Virus record (IMG/VR): IMGVR_UViG_3300042445_001170
Coordinates: 48,168-112,167 of that record
Strand: one strand, 5' to 3'
Length of the DNA: 64,000 bases
From: a virus
Each line of letters begins with the position of its first letter. The stretch's first letter is position 1. Shown here piece by piece: positions 9,041-19,225 of the stretch. The translations under genes and the position numbers were made by a program. Below the pieces are notes generated by a model. That model saw only the letters and a program-made list of their open reading frames with translations, did no database searches and was not told the DNA's origin.

Positions 9041-9574
9041 TTATTCCTTTGGCTTTAATACTGCAATGAACTGCTCATTATTGTTTAGATCAGTATTTGT
9101 AGTTAGTATGTCAATGATAAAATATCTTTCGAGAATTGTCAAGATGTCTTTATTTCCATCATCCATGAGTCTGCGTCCGTGAACCACAAATCTGTTTGAC
9201 ATATTAACAATATCTTCTAGGTATGGAACTAGGTACTCTTCTTCAATATGGTCTAGTACAGAAAGAGCAAGTATCGCATCAAACTTTTTTGTCTTTAAGC
9301 TATCCCAGTCAGATGTGTATTTTACCCTAGATTTATCAAATAGTCCATCAAAGTTGTCTACAAGATCTACAACATTGGGTATATCGTATGCTGTTACATG
9401 GTTGAATGTCTGAAGAATAGAGTCTAGGTTTCTTCCAACTCCCGCACCAAATTCAAGAGCAGATTTTCCTTCTCTCATTGCATCAATAACTTCATTGTAT
9501 ACAGAGGTTTTGTTTAGCTCAGTAAAATAATCTATGCCATTTTGCCCAACAAGAGCATCCCAAAAATCTTTCAT
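9041..9574 (-). CDS. Class I SAM-dependent methyltransferase
   Basis: ALEFGAGVGRN motif I, AYDI, FDAILALSVLDHI. Confidence 0.8.
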   Translation of the reverse strand: MKDFWDALVGQNGIDYFTELNKTSVYNEVIDAMREGKSALEFGAGVGRNLDSILQTFNHVTAYDIPNVVDLVDNFDGLFDKSRVKYTSDWDSLKTKKFDAILALSVLDHIEEEYLVPYLEDIVNMSNRFVVHGRRLMDDGNKDILTILERYFIIDILTTNTDLNNNEQFIAVLKPKE

Positions 9575-9717
9575 TTTTTTCTAACCAACCCGAATTCCTG
9601 TAAATATCTCTGTATAGTCATAGCAGAGACCCCGCATTCTTTTCCTATTTCAGTAACAGTTTTCTTTTGAACAATATATTTTCTATACAGCCAATCTTTA
9701 CTTTGATATAATTTCAT
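9571..9717 (-). CDS. 48-aa HTH DNA-binding protein (below the ORF-track cutoff)
   Basis: MKLYQSKDWLYRKYIVQKKTVTEIGKECGVSAMTIQRYLQEFGLVRKK; ATGA overlaps at both ends. Confidence 0.8.
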   Translation of the reverse strand: MKLYQSKDWLYRKYIVQKKTVTEIGKECGVSAMTIQRYLQEFGLVRKK

Positions 9718-10280
9718 CTTTTTGTAAGCACCTGGTTGCTGTAGTGTGCTATGCCAAAACTATCTGCAACATCAAAATCTGAAATCTGTAGGGAATACTT
9801 TTTATTAAAGTAGTCTACAGTTCTTTGCTTACGCATATTCCTTAATTGATTCTTGTACCATGAGTCTGCATACCCTGGGTTTGCCAACCTTATTGCAGAC
9901 TTTTCATCTTTTGTAGGATTTTTGTTGCCAATGTAGGCCTGCCATGCGGATGGGCTAATGGTGATAACCTTAGCGCCAGTAGACATTAGCTCAGCAATAA
10001 CAACTCCATAGACATATGATAATTTTATCACAGCATCAGGTGATCTGACAAGTATGGCACCTTCAACTACTATATAATCACTCTTAAGCTCATCTAACAT
10101 CATTGCCATTTTATTTTTTGCATCGTAAATTTTTTCATATATGTCTTCACCGACTAGGTTGATCTTACCCCACTTAAGAGGTACATCGCCTTCCATTAAA
10201 CAAAAGGCTATAGAGTTTGTTGAAGCATCTATGCCCAAAACCCTATTTGCTTTTGTTTTTACAAGGCTAGCTAATTTCAT
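9714..10280 (-). CDS. RuvC-like Holliday junction resolvase
   Basis: VLGIDAST, IVVE, DVADSFGIA acidic catalytic residues. Confidence 0.8.
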   Translation of the reverse strand: MKLASLVKTKANRVLGIDASTNSIAFCLMEGDVPLKWGKINLVGEDIYEKIYDAKNKMAMMLDELKSDYIVVEGAILVRSPDAVIKLSYVYGVVIAELMSTGAKVITISPSAWQAYIGNKNPTKDEKSAIRLANPGYADSWYKNQLRNMRKQRTVDYFNKKYSLQISDFDVADSFGIAHYSNQVLTKR

Positions 10281-10545
10281 CGAGGATGTCCTGCAATAAC
10301 TTTCTGGCCTTGGAGTTAGTCTCTTTTAGACATGAAGAGCAAATGTCGTCTGAATTATATCTGCTTAGCTGCGATTTACATTTTTTGCAAAGTCTTACTG
10401 CGCCCTTTTTGATAGCCTTTTTCTCATAATACTTTTGCATAATTCTTTTATTAGTTGCAACTCGGCAACATTCGTCAGAACAATACTTTTGATTATGTGT
10501 TTTTGAATCAAACTCTTTGGCACATTCGGTATTAGCGCAAATCAT
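10267..10545 (-). CDS. Cys-rich zinc-binding hypothetical protein
   Basis: CANTEC...QKYCSDEC...CKKC...CSSC. Confidence 0.7.
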   Translation of the reverse strand: MICANTECAKEFDSKTHNQKYCSDECCRVATNKRIMQKYYEKKAIKKGAVRLCKKCKSQLSRYNSDDICSSCLKETNSKARKLLQDILDEIS

Positions 10546-11333
10546 ATTTTGGGCACCTTATATAAATCTATTTCAACTGTACCGACTGGACCAGACTTGT
10601 CATAGCAAGCTTTTTTAACTGGGCAATACGTGCAAGGCATCTTAGACTTTGTAGATCCTGCTGGCCTTACTGGAAGTTCTCCATTTTTAAAGTTATCCCA
10701 GACTTGCTCCATCCATGCGAAAGCTTCTTCAATTATTGCCTTGTTCTTTTCATTCATTGAAATTGGAATAATTAATATCTCTTGGGTGTTCTTGTTTTCA
10801 TATAGAAAGAACCCCTCTTTAGCATTCTTTAGCTTCATATAGGTTAACAGCTGAAGCATGTGGTTAGCTGATGACTTCATCTCCGACTGTCTGGTATCCC
10901 AAACCTCTTGCTTTGCCGTTTTAATTTCACCAATTACAGTTTCGCCATCATACTCCATAATTAGATCGATAAACCCTCTGATAGGTGGATATTCGTTAAC
11001 AATCTCTTCTTCCTCAGCTTTCCACTCAGGCATTGTGCTGATGAGCTTCTGGAGTCTTTCGTGGGCCTGTGTGCCTTGAGCCATGTTTGCAACTGCTACG
11101 GCGTCATTATCATCAATAAATACAGCACCAGAAAAAGCCATGTACCAATATCTTGGGCATGTGCCATGACCGTATCCAAGGGAGCTTGGGCTAAATGACT
11201 TCTTGGTCATCTCTCCATCTGCTCTTTTGGTATTGCGATAAGACTCATCAAGTAATGCAGCAAATTTTTCTGGGTCGAAGAATTTTCCAGTGTGCTTTTT
11301 AAACTTAAGGTTCTTTACAATATCTCTAGCCAT
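10542..11333 (-). CDS. Cas4-like PD-(D/E)xK exonuclease
   Basis: CPR, GTQAH, GFID...EIKT, QLLTY and C-terminal CTYCPVKKAC (4-Cys Fe-S pattern). Confidence 0.85.
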   Translation of the reverse strand: MARDIVKNLKFKKHTGKFFDPEKFAALLDESYRNTKRADGEMTKKSFSPSSLGYGHGTCPRYWYMAFSGAVFIDDNDAVAVANMAQGTQAHERLQKLISTMPEWKAEEEEIVNEYPPIRGFIDLIMEYDGETVIGEIKTAKQEVWDTRQSEMKSSANHMLQLLTYMKLKNAKEGFFLYENKNTQEILIIPISMNEKNKAIIEEAFAWMEQVWDNFKNGELPVRPAGSTKSKMPCTYCPVKKACYDKSGPVGTVEIDLYKVPKI

Positions 11334-11672
11334 TTATGAGTTATACCTAACGACATACTTAAGTGCATCTACAAGTTTGTCTATGGACTCCTTTACTGAG
11401 TAATATACATTTTTCTTATTGTTATTTACGGTTCCTGCTTTGTCCTTAGCAATTGTTGAATATACTGAAGACATCACTGCAAACTTAGTAGACATAGCCT
11501 GAAGCTCCATTATAAGCATTGGGGCCTTTGCTGATGGTACATCTGGAGTCATTAGTAGCTTAACAACAATAGCAAGTGCCTTATCAAGATGCTCATCTTG
11601 CATATATTCATGCAGATCATTGAACTCAGTGATATCACTAATTAGTTGAAGTGTATTTTTATCTTCCGCCAT
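11334..11672 (-). CDS. Hypothetical helical protein (start moved to MAEDK)
   Basis: In-operon ORF abutting the Cas4-like gene. Confidence 0.7.
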   Translation of the reverse strand: MAEDKNTLQLISDITEFNDLHEYMQDEHLDKALAIVVKLLMTPDVPSAKAPMLIMELQAMSTKFAVMSSVYSTIAKDKAGTVNNNKKNVYYSVKESIDKLVDALKYVVRYNS

Positions 11673-11763
11673 CTTTAATCCTTTTGTCCCACTTGTCAAT
11701 GAATAGCCCAATTGGGTACCCTAATGTAAATCCTACCATTAATCCTAAAAGAAAGATAGTCAT
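11659..11763 (-). CDS. 34-aa single-pass membrane protein (below the ORF-track cutoff)
   Basis: MTIFLLGLMVGFTLGYPIGLFIDKWDKRIKDGGR; fills the gap with an ATGA overlap. Confidence 0.6.
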   Translation of the reverse strand: MTIFLLGLMVGFTLGYPIGLFIDKWDKRIKDGGR

Positions 11764-12731
11764 CTTAATCTTCCGTCAACATATATATGATTTTCTTTTG
11801 CAACTTCAACTTTAATTGAAGGGTTTACATCTTGCCACACGGTTCCTTCAATACGAACTTCACGGTCATATATTCCAGTAGAAACCTTTGCCTGCACATC
11901 TTCATCTACTAAACGCAGCCATTCTTCTTCACCATACTTGGCAATACCATCTGCCCATTCTTGTGATCCTGGGTAGTCCCACTGTGCAAAAACTCTTACA
12001 AAAACTTTTTTGTTTCCTTCGGTTACTGCTTTTGCTGAATGGAAATATGGTATTCCTGATGGGAATACTGTGACGTCGCCTACACCTGGCTTATATGTAA
12101 CAACATTTGGGATCTCATCAATTTCATTTAAGAATTCCACTTCTCCACCAGTATAGTCATCATTCACGTATATCGTGATTGTGATAATCTGCTGGGCTCT
12201 TGGCTGACCAACTCTGTGCTTATGTGCGTCAGTGTGAAACGTAATTGCAAGATTTTTCTCTGCATGTATGTCGTGCTTTAAAACCTCAATGACTGAGTAG
12301 TGCATTCTTGTTGAGCCAGGTCCATTAAGCTCCCAATTATCAATATACTCTGGCCAGTATCCAGACTCTGACCACTCATTAATATAGTCATCAAAAACTA
12401 TTTTAAATATAGAATACAGCTTTTCTCTGAAGTCATATAGAAACTTAATGTTTTCATCTTCAATTACATTTGGTCTATGCTTAAAATTAAAAAATGTCTT
12501 TTTGCCAAATGTATGCCATGGGACCCATTTATTTATAGGCGAATTATCTCTTTGCTCTATCGGTAGAGTTCCATGATTGTCTCCTCTTGTCGAGTCTTCC
12601 TCATGCACAATCTCAAACTCACTAGTATCATTTTCATATAAGTCCATTAAGTCATAAAACCTCTTTAGCTCATTTTTATCAAAAAGATCTCTATATATAA
12701 CAACCTGCGGCATAACCTGATATTTATTCAT
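11760..12731 (-). CDS. 2OG-Fe(II) oxygenase (P4H-like)
   Basis: FHTD...YVNDDYTGGE...FPS..PYFHSA. Confidence 0.85.
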   Translation of the reverse strand: MNKYQVMPQVVIYRDLFDKNELKRFYDLMDLYENDTSEFEIVHEEDSTRGDNHGTLPIEQRDNSPINKWVPWHTFGKKTFFNFKHRPNVIEDENIKFLYDFREKLYSIFKIVFDDYINEWSESGYWPEYIDNWELNGPGSTRMHYSVIEVLKHDIHAEKNLAITFHTDAHKHRVGQPRAQQIITITIYVNDDYTGGEVEFLNEIDEIPNVVTYKPGVGDVTVFPSGIPYFHSAKAVTEGNKKVFVRVFAQWDYPGSQEWADGIAKYGEEEWLRLVDEDVQAKVSTGIYDREVRIEGTVWQDVNPSIKVEVAKENHIYVDGRLR

Positions 12732-13029
12732 TGTGTTCCTCCCAGAACTGTATTAACTCTTCTAAAACCGACCACTCTATTATTCCCAGCCTAACCTTAG
12801 ACTCAGAACCAATAATAATTTTTAGCGCTGGGTGCATGTCCCTGTTTACCTTAAAGGTATCTGTGCATATCTTTGCCCAGTTATCTTTATTCAAAGTAAA
12901 AGAAACGCCAGCTTCTTTATAGTCTACAAGGAATTGCTTCCACTGTGCATCACCCTTTTGATAGTCACCTCTACCAGAATTTTTTTGTGCTTTTGCGCCA
13001 TCTCTTTTAACTTCAGCTCTCTCAGACAT
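12724..13029 (-). CDS. Small PD-(D/E)xK nuclease/resolvase-like protein
   Basis: NSGRG..KGDA....LVDYK. Confidence 0.55.
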   Translation of the reverse strand: MSERAEVKRDGAKAQKNSGRGDYQKGDAQWKQFLVDYKEAGVSFTLNKDNWAKICTDTFKVNRDMHPALKIIIGSESKVRLGIIEWSVLEELIQFWEEHNE

Positions 13030-13238
13030 TATCCAACCGAATACCTTGTCTCATGTCCATCTTTACATTTCCAATACATTTCCATTGTTTGATTATTAAA
13101 TTGATATGTATCAACATATAAATCACACTTAGAACAGGGTCTCATTTGTTCTATAACTTCAACCCTTTCATCAAGAGGCACTGTTTCAATAGTAGATTTG
13201 CTTAAAAACTCATCAAGATTTGGCACTGATATCCTCAA
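13029..13238 (-). CDS. Small zinc-binding hypothetical protein
   Basis: CSKC...CKDGH. Confidence 0.6.
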   Translation of the reverse strand: MRISVPNLDEFLSKSTIETVPLDERVEVIEQMRPCSKCDLYVDTYQFNNQTMEMYWKCKDGHETRYSVG

Positions 13239-14217
13239 TTAGACTGTCAACAACCTCTGGGTTATCACGTAAATATTGAACTGCCTTTGCACGTCCTTGA
13301 AGTCTTTCTCCATTAACAGTATACCAAGCGCCGCCCTTTTCAATTGCTCCGACCATTTCTGCAACATCAAGAGTTTCCCCAACTAAGTCTACTCCTAGTG
13401 AGTCTCCTTGGTAGTAGAAATCGTATTGTCCAGATAAGTTAGGGGGGCCGAGCTTGTTGTAATCAATAATCCAATTGACTGGTCTGCCAACCCTTTGTTC
13501 AATAATTTTGTCACCGACCCTAATGCCAGCTTTGATAGCATTAGCCTCAGCCTCAGAAGACCAAAGCTTAATGACGGTGGAAGAGAAGAACTTGACTGCC
13601 ATTCCTCCTGTCGGTATATGGGAGGCATGCATAGATCCAAACTGATTTCTCTGTTGTGAGATGAGTACCAATAATGTGTTCTTGTTTGCATAGTTTAACA
13701 TTTTGACTGCGTGAGTCATATCCTTTGCTTCAGCGCCGATTTGCTTTGTGTCTTGCAAATCTTTCATTTCATTTCCATCTTTTTCAAAATAAATAGCTGG
13801 CAAGAGTGCTGAAATAGAATCAACAACAATAATATCTACACCAGCATCCATTAGCTTTGTTGCTACATCGACCATATCGTTAACGGTTTTTGCTGGTGAG
13901 TAAATAAGGGAAGAAGAATCTACTCCAAGCATTTCTGCCCATGACTGATCGTACGATGCCTCTGCATCAATCCACGCACAAGTTTTACCTTCTTTTTGTG
14001 CGAGGGCAATCATCTGCAAACAAAATGAAGACTTTCCTGCAGATTTGTTTCCCCAAACAAGAACTTGTCTACCATAGCCTAATCCACCTTTGAGGGCCAT
14101 GTTTAAGCCAATGCTAGGTGTCTTTTGCTTTTCAACTTTTACATCTTGTGCTGCTTTTACTCTTGCTCTTGTTTTTGGATCTAATCCCGCTAGGATGTCA
14201 TCAATCGCTATAGTCAT
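13213..14217 (-). CDS. recA: RecA-family recombinase
   Basis: GNKSAGKS, WIDAE, VVDSISAL, TGGMAVKF, KGGAWY. Confidence 0.93.
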   Translation of the reverse strand: MTIAIDDILAGLDPKTRARVKAAQDVKVEKQKTPSIGLNMALKGGLGYGRQVLVWGNKSAGKSSFCLQMIALAQKEGKTCAWIDAEASYDQSWAEMLGVDSSSLIYSPAKTVNDMVDVATKLMDAGVDIIVVDSISALLPAIYFEKDGNEMKDLQDTKQIGAEAKDMTHAVKMLNYANKNTLLVLISQQRNQFGSMHASHIPTGGMAVKFFSSTVIKLWSSEAEANAIKAGIRVGDKIIEQRVGRPVNWIIDYNKLGPPNLSGQYDFYYQGDSLGVDLVGETLDVAEMVGAIEKGGAWYTVNGERLQGRAKAVQYLRDNPEVVDSLIEDISAKS

Positions 14218-14249
14218 TTATTGTCTCTCTCTTTGATACAATTATATCA

Positions 14250-14639
14250 TTAAAATAAATTGCCGTGAAGCTTTGGTCTAGCCTTATTTTTTTCCATTTT
14301 TTTAAACAAAACTTCGTCAAGGCTGTGTTCTACGAATCCGCCATTTCTCATTGATGCATAAAGATCAAGAGTTCTAATTAAGATGTCAACCATCTCTTCT
14401 ACAATTTCTTCCGACCCTTTATTTTTTCTAATAGCCTCCAGCACCTCTGTTACTTCAGAATGCACTAATGCCAACTTATTCCCAAACACATCAAAGTTTT
14501 TTGGTTGATCCCAAAAACCTTTTTCAATTGCAGTTTCATGAAGCAGCGCAGAAAGAACATCAAGTCCATAATCTGTTGCTAGCTCTATTTCTTTATTCGA
14601 AACTTTCAATGAGCTGGTTGTTATTAAACCCTGATCCAT
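14250..14639 (-). CDS. MazG-like NTP pyrophosphohydrolase
   Basis: LALVHSEVTEVLEAIRK...EEMVD..IR.LD...KMEKNKAR. Confidence 0.8.
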   Translation of the reverse strand: MDQGLITTSSLKVSNKEIELATDYGLDVLSALLHETAIEKGFWDQPKNFDVFGNKLALVHSEVTEVLEAIRKNKGSEEIVEEMVDILIRTLDLYASMRNGGFVEHSLDEVLFKKMEKNKARPKLHGNLF

Positions 14640-14826
14640 CTTTATCCTTTAGTTTAAATTTAAAAGATTGACTATCTGAATCGTAATCAACCTGCAACTC
14701 CTTATCTTCTGTTGCTGCATCAATAAATGATGCTGAGGGAATAGATATTTCTTTTTGAACTTCTAAAATTGCCACTAAAATCTTTGAAACATTTAGAGAT
14801 GCAAAAATATCCTGCTCTTCTGTCAT
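14593..14826 (-). CDS. Hypothetical protein (paralogue A of a 3-gene tandem family)
   Basis: LNVSKILVAIL...FKFKL. Confidence 0.65.
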   Translation of the reverse strand: MTEEQDIFASLNVSKILVAILEVQKEISIPSASFIDAATEDKELQVDYDSDSQSFKFKLKDKDGSGFNNNQLIESFE

Positions 14827-15251
14827 TTAATTTCTCCTTGAACTGGCTTAATGCTATGGACGTTCCATGGCCTTCTAATTGAAAAGAAACCCATTGTTTC
14901 TCTTTTTTTCTGAGCCTCGATGCCATCTTCATGGCTGACTAGGTTCATTGAAACTTTATCTGTTTGGGGGTCAAACTTAACAACAACGTGTCCGCCTAGA
15001 TCTTTGATGTAATCAAAAAAATCTGGGTCGTATGGGTTTACTGCTGTGTCATTAGGAGGCAAGTCATACTTATTTAAATGAGTAACCTGATCTCTATCAA
15101 AAACAACCTCTCCAAAATTTTGAAATATCAAGGTTAGCAATGAAGATGCGTTCAGTCTATGAAAGAAATCTTCAACCTCATTGCTTCTTCTTTCGCATTC
15201 TTCTCTGCTTACTGTTACTCCGTCATCCATAAAGACATCATGAGTGTGCAT
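14823..15251 (-). CDS. Hypothetical protein (paralogue B); likely start at MHTHD
   Basis: RLNASSLLTLIF...FFDYIKDLGG...LVSHEDG. Confidence 0.65.
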   Translation of the reverse strand: MHTHDVFMDDGVTVSREECERRSNEVEDFFHRLNASSLLTLIFQNFGEVVFDRDQVTHLNKYDLPPNDTAVNPYDPDFFDYIKDLGGHVVVKFDPQTDKVSMNLVSHEDGIEAQKKRETMGFFSIRRPWNVHSIKPVQGEIK

Positions 15252-15597
15252 ATTGGTTCCACCTAGCTCTCGTACAAACATAACCCATGTCACCTATTTG
15301 ACCAAGGGTTCTTTCTCCTTCTTCTTTTGACACTAACTTTAATTTAAATTTATCTCCATCAACAATAGTTACATTTACGTAACCACCATTTTCTTTAATG
15401 TAGTCCATAAATGTATCTACATAAGTTGACTCTGCATTTAGATCCATTAGATCTTCTGGCTTTTGATACTTTAGAATTCCTTCAAGCTCTGCAATTGGGA
15501 TCTCTACTGGACCAGCGGTTTTTAAAATTGCAGTAAGCATGTTAGAGGCATTAAGCCTACCCATTACTTGCTGCAGTAAATTTTGTTCTTCTACCAT
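15238..15597 (-). CDS. Hypothetical protein (paralogue C)
   Basis: RLNASNMLTAIL...FMDYIKENGG...LVSKEEG. Confidence 0.65.
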   Translation of the reverse strand: MVEEQNLLQQVMGRLNASNMLTAILKTAGPVEIPIAELEGILKYQKPEDLMDLNAESTYVDTFMDYIKENGGYVNVTIVDGDKFKLKLVSKEEGERTLGQIGDMGYVCTRARWNQYAHS

Positions 15598-15959
15598 TTT
15601 TTTATAACACCTTCATCTTGAACCCATTTTTCATTTGGATCGTTTCTTATAAAATATTGCAATACATCGTTTGTAATGCAAGCATGACAACTGCACTTAT
15701 CGCTATGCGAACCAATATGTGGAATTATTCTAGATAGCACATCCTTGATTAAAATTTCAGAAGTATATTCATGAAAATTAGTATCCATTCTTCCAGCAAG
15801 TACAAATTTTAATGCAGAAATATAACCATCTAAATAATGCCATTCTGCTATTTGAGAATCTTCAAGCGGCATGTGATCAAGATAATTCATCTCCATATTT
15901 TTTTTATTTTCAATTGCTTTTAATAATTGATCTTCTATAAAATACTTTGTACTTGTCAT
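15591..15959 (-). CDS. Hypothetical protein
   Basis: ATGA-coupled to dnaE; HSDKCSCHAC. Confidence 0.6.
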   Translation of the reverse strand: MTSTKYFIEDQLLKAIENKKNMEMNYLDHMPLEDSQIAEWHYLDGYISALKFVLAGRMDTNFHEYTSEILIKDVLSRIIPHIGSHSDKCSCHACITNDVLQYFIRNDPNEKWVQDEGVIKKW

Positions 15960-18900
15960 AGCACTTCCTTAATATTCAAGGTCCCATCATCAAGTTTTGC
16001 TAATGTAACCCTGCATTTCATTCCTTCACGCATTTTGGCCAATGTCATTTTATACATAGCTGGGAATGCGATGGCTCTAGTTAAATTCTTATCTTTATCT
16101 GAGAGAACGATGTGACTCATTTGCTTGCCAGCCTTTGTTGTGTATGGAGTAAAGTTTACCACAATGTACTCGTCTTCTTCAAGGTCATACTTCTTCCTAT
16201 ACAGGTAGTCTACAAATAGGTCGCTAGAGTCTGGATTGATATCTGAAACCTTAATATACCTTGCAATTCTATTATCTCCGACAAGAATAAAATACATTTG
16301 ACCTGTTTCAATCTGTGTCTGCTCTGTATGGAATAAGCCTATCGATCCAGTCTCATCTACTAGTTCTACTCTGGCCCACCCATTTCCACGCTTAATAGAC
16401 TTAACCATTCCAAACATTACAAATGAGCCCAAGTCATCAAACTCTTCAATTGGTCTCGCCTGAGCTTTAATTCTTGGAGGAATTCCTTCAAGATTAAATG
16501 TCGGTATACCTAGGTATTCGTAGTAATTGTCTTTTTCATTTCCTTGCCTTTTGTTATCAGTAAACGCAGCACCGCCGATGGAGTTAAGAGCAGCAATAGC
16601 ACGGCTATTAATGCCAGAACCCTTTTTCGATGCCTTATCAATAAAGTCAGCATAGTCACTGAACGGTCTTCTTTCTATGATCTTGTTTGCAATACTATCT
16701 GAAATAAATTTTACTTCAGCTAGACCAAATCTAATTGCATTTTCTTGTAATGAAAAATATACCTGAGACTCATTAATGTGTGGTAGCAGCACCTTTAGAC
16801 CAAGTCTCTTAGACTCAATTAAATATTCTGTTCTCGCATCTTTATCATTTTCATTTTTAAGAATTGAAAACATGAACTCAAGTGGGTAATAGAACTTAAG
16901 CCAAGCAGTATAATAACTAAGCATAGAGTAAGCAACAGCATGGGAGCGGTTAAAAGAATAACCAGCATGCGCTTCAAAATCATGCCATAGTGCTTCTGCC
17001 TTTTTCTTAGTAATGTGTTCTGAAGCCCCAGCAATAAACTTATCCTTGAACTGGTCAAATTCTTTTGCATCTTTTTTCTTTCCAATAATCTTGCGGACCT
17101 TATCAGCCTCTGCCCAAGTCATACCGCCCAAGTGTACACATGCCTGCATAACCTGCTCTTGATATATAATAACACCGTATGTGTTCTCGGTAAACGGCTT
17201 CATGATTGTATGCATATAGTCTACCGCCTCATTACCATTTTTACGATTAATGTAAGCTGCACCGACTGTATTCATTGCTCCAGGACGAACAAGGGCATTG
17301 GATGCAGCAAGATCTTCAAACTTGTCTATACCCATTTTAATCAAAAGGTTTGTATAAGGCGTTGCTTCTGCCTGGAACACACCCTTTGTATACCCGTCGT
17401 TCAACATCTTGTAAACATTGGCATCGTCCAGGGTCATTTCAGAAAGATTAATTGTCTTTCCATGCCTATCTTTAATAGACCTTATAGTGTCAGAGATCAC
17501 AGATAAAGTCTTAAGACCTAGTGCATCTAGCTTAATAAGACCTATATCTGCAACCGTATCCATGTCGTATGCGACGACTGGAATTCTTCCTGAAACTTTA
17601 TCTTGAGAATCTTCACGAGATTCAACTGGCGCAAATTTTCTTAAATCATCTTTTGCGACAACCACGCCAGCGGCGTGTACGCCAACTGATCTTATTCTTC
17701 CACGAAGCCTGTCGGCAAGCCAAACAACTTCTGGATAGCGCATTCTAAATTCTTTTGTATTTGGTGAATCAATAAAGTCCTCAAAAGTATCTACGGATTT
17801 TAGTGCACGGTTAACTTCTTGCAGAGGAACCATGAAAACACGAGAAGCATCTCTAACTACACCCTTGTCTTTAAAGTATGTATATGTTGAAATGGATGCA
17901 ACGTGCTTAAACTTCTTCTTCAAATAATCTTTAACTTCTTTTCTACGGCGGTCTTCAAAGTCGGTATCGATATCTGGAAAGTCGTTGCGCTCTTCATTAA
18001 TAAATCTAAAGAACAGAAGATCGTATTTAATAGGGTCAACATCAGTAATTCCTAATGTATAACAAACTAAAGATCCAGCAGCCGAACCACGGCCTGGACC
18101 AACCATAATATTATTTTCTTTAGCCCAATTAATCATGTCTCCAACAACAAGGAAGTATGAGGCAAAATTTTTCTTGGCAATAATCCCAAGCTCTTCGTTA
18201 AGCCTATCGATATAAATAGGGTCTGAAGCCTTCTGAAGCCTCTCTAAGCCCTTTTCAGCCAACTCCCTTAGTCTTTCATCAGCATCGGTCTTTGGAACTG
18301 GCAGGAGGTCTAGGCCCTGATAGAAGTCATATTCCCCAACCTTATCAGCAATTTCCATTGTATTCTCATAGATGTCTGTTCGATTAATGCCAGCCTTATT
18401 AAAGTCTGCTTCTATTTCGGAACGGCTCTGAATAAATAAATTCATATCTTGAAATGATATTCTTCTATCAGGATAAAGATAGTTAAATCTATCTAACATA
18501 TCCTTCATGTTTCTAGACATATCAAAATCCATATCCTTATCAGCCTTTGGAGATGTTGATAGGATTAGCAATGCTTCTTCTAGTATTCTATCTTCTTCTT
18601 TAGCAAAGTGAGCATCTCCTGTTGCCACCGCCTTAATTTTAAGTTCATCTGCAAGCCTTAGTAGCGCTGAGTTAATTTCCATAGGGTTATGTGATTGGAC
18701 TTCCACATAAAAATCATCCCCAAACATTTGCTTAAAGCTTTTGAGCAAAATCTTAGCCTCATCATCATTGCCCTTTTCAATAGCCTTACTAATAAGACCG
18801 TTAAGACATCCACTGAGTACGATAATGCCTTCTTTATAATCATTAAGAATTTCCCTATCAATACGTGGCTTATGATAAAAACCTTCATTCCAAGCAAGCT

Positions 18901-19225
18901 CTTGCAAAGCATTAATATTTTCCAACCCCTTTTTATTTTTCGCTAGCAAAATAATATGGTTATAGGCCTGAATAGATTTGTCTGTTTTAGATGATCTGTC
19001 AAACCTATCGGTTGGAGAAATGTACGCCTCAACACCAAGAATTGGCTTAATGCCAGTTTCCTTTGCGGCAATCTGCATATCTCTGTGTGAAGAGAGAGTA
19101 CCATGGTCTGTAATTGCAATCGCAGTTTGCCCAGCATCTAACGCTGCTTGGCATAATTCTTTAGGTGAATTTAGTCCATCCATTAATGAATAGTAGGAGT
19201 GAACATGTAGGTGTGTAAAGCTCAT
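15956..19225 (-). CDS. dnaE: DNA polymerase III alpha subunit (likely start MSFTHLH)
   Basis: PHP motifs HLHVHSYYSLMDG and TDHG; GRGSAAGSL; PDIDTD; IIYQEQVM; YSFNRSHAVAY. Confidence 0.96.
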   Translation of the reverse strand: MSFTHLHVHSYYSLMDGLNSPKELCQAALDAGQTAIAITDHGTLSSHRDMQIAAKETGIKPILGVEAYISPTDRFDRSSKTDKSIQAYNHIILLAKNKKGLENINALQELAWNEGFYHKPRIDREILNDYKEGIIVLSGCLNGLISKAIEKGNDDEAKILLKSFKQMFGDDFYVEVQSHNPMEINSALLRLADELKIKAVATGDAHFAKEEDRILEEALLILSTSPKADKDMDFDMSRNMKDMLDRFNYLYPDRRISFQDMNLFIQSRSEIEADFNKAGINRTDIYENTMEIADKVGEYDFYQGLDLLPVPKTDADERLRELAEKGLERLQKASDPIYIDRLNEELGIIAKKNFASYFLVVGDMINWAKENNIMVGPGRGSAAGSLVCYTLGITDVDPIKYDLLFFRFINEERNDFPDIDTDFEDRRRKEVKDYLKKKFKHVASISTYTYFKDKGVVRDASRVFMVPLQEVNRALKSVDTFEDFIDSPNTKEFRMRYPEVVWLADRLRGRIRSVGVHAAGVVVAKDDLRKFAPVESREDSQDKVSGRIPVVAYDMDTVADIGLIKLDALGLKTLSVISDTIRSIKDRHGKTINLSEMTLDDANVYKMLNDGYTKGVFQAEATPYTNLLIKMGIDKFEDLAASNALVRPGAMNTVGAAYINRKNGNEAVDYMHTIMKPFTENTYGVIIYQEQVMQACVHLGGMTWAEADKVRKIIGKKKDAKEFDQFKDKFIAGASEHITKKKAEALWHDFEAHAGYSFNRSHAVAYSMLSYYTAWLKFYYPLEFMFSILKNENDKDARTEYLIESKRLGLKVLLPHINESQVYFSLQENAIRFGLAEVKFISDSIANKIIERRPFSDYADFIDKASKKGSGINSRAIAALNSIGGAAFTDNKRQGNEKDNYYEYLGIPTFNLEGIPPRIKAQARPIEEFDDLGSFVMFGMVKSIKRGNGWARVELVDETGSIGLFHTEQTQIETGQMYFILVGDNRIARYIKVSDINPDSSDLFVDYLYRKKYDLEEDEYIVVNFTPYTTKAGKQMSHIVLSDKDKNLTRAIAFPAMYKMTLAKMREGMKCRVTLAKLDDGTLNIKEVL

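Noticed and set aside
10542-11333. Cas4 as part of a CRISPR-Cas system
   Set aside because: No cas1/cas2, effector genes or array in the window; solo Cas4-like nucleases are common in phage recombination modules.
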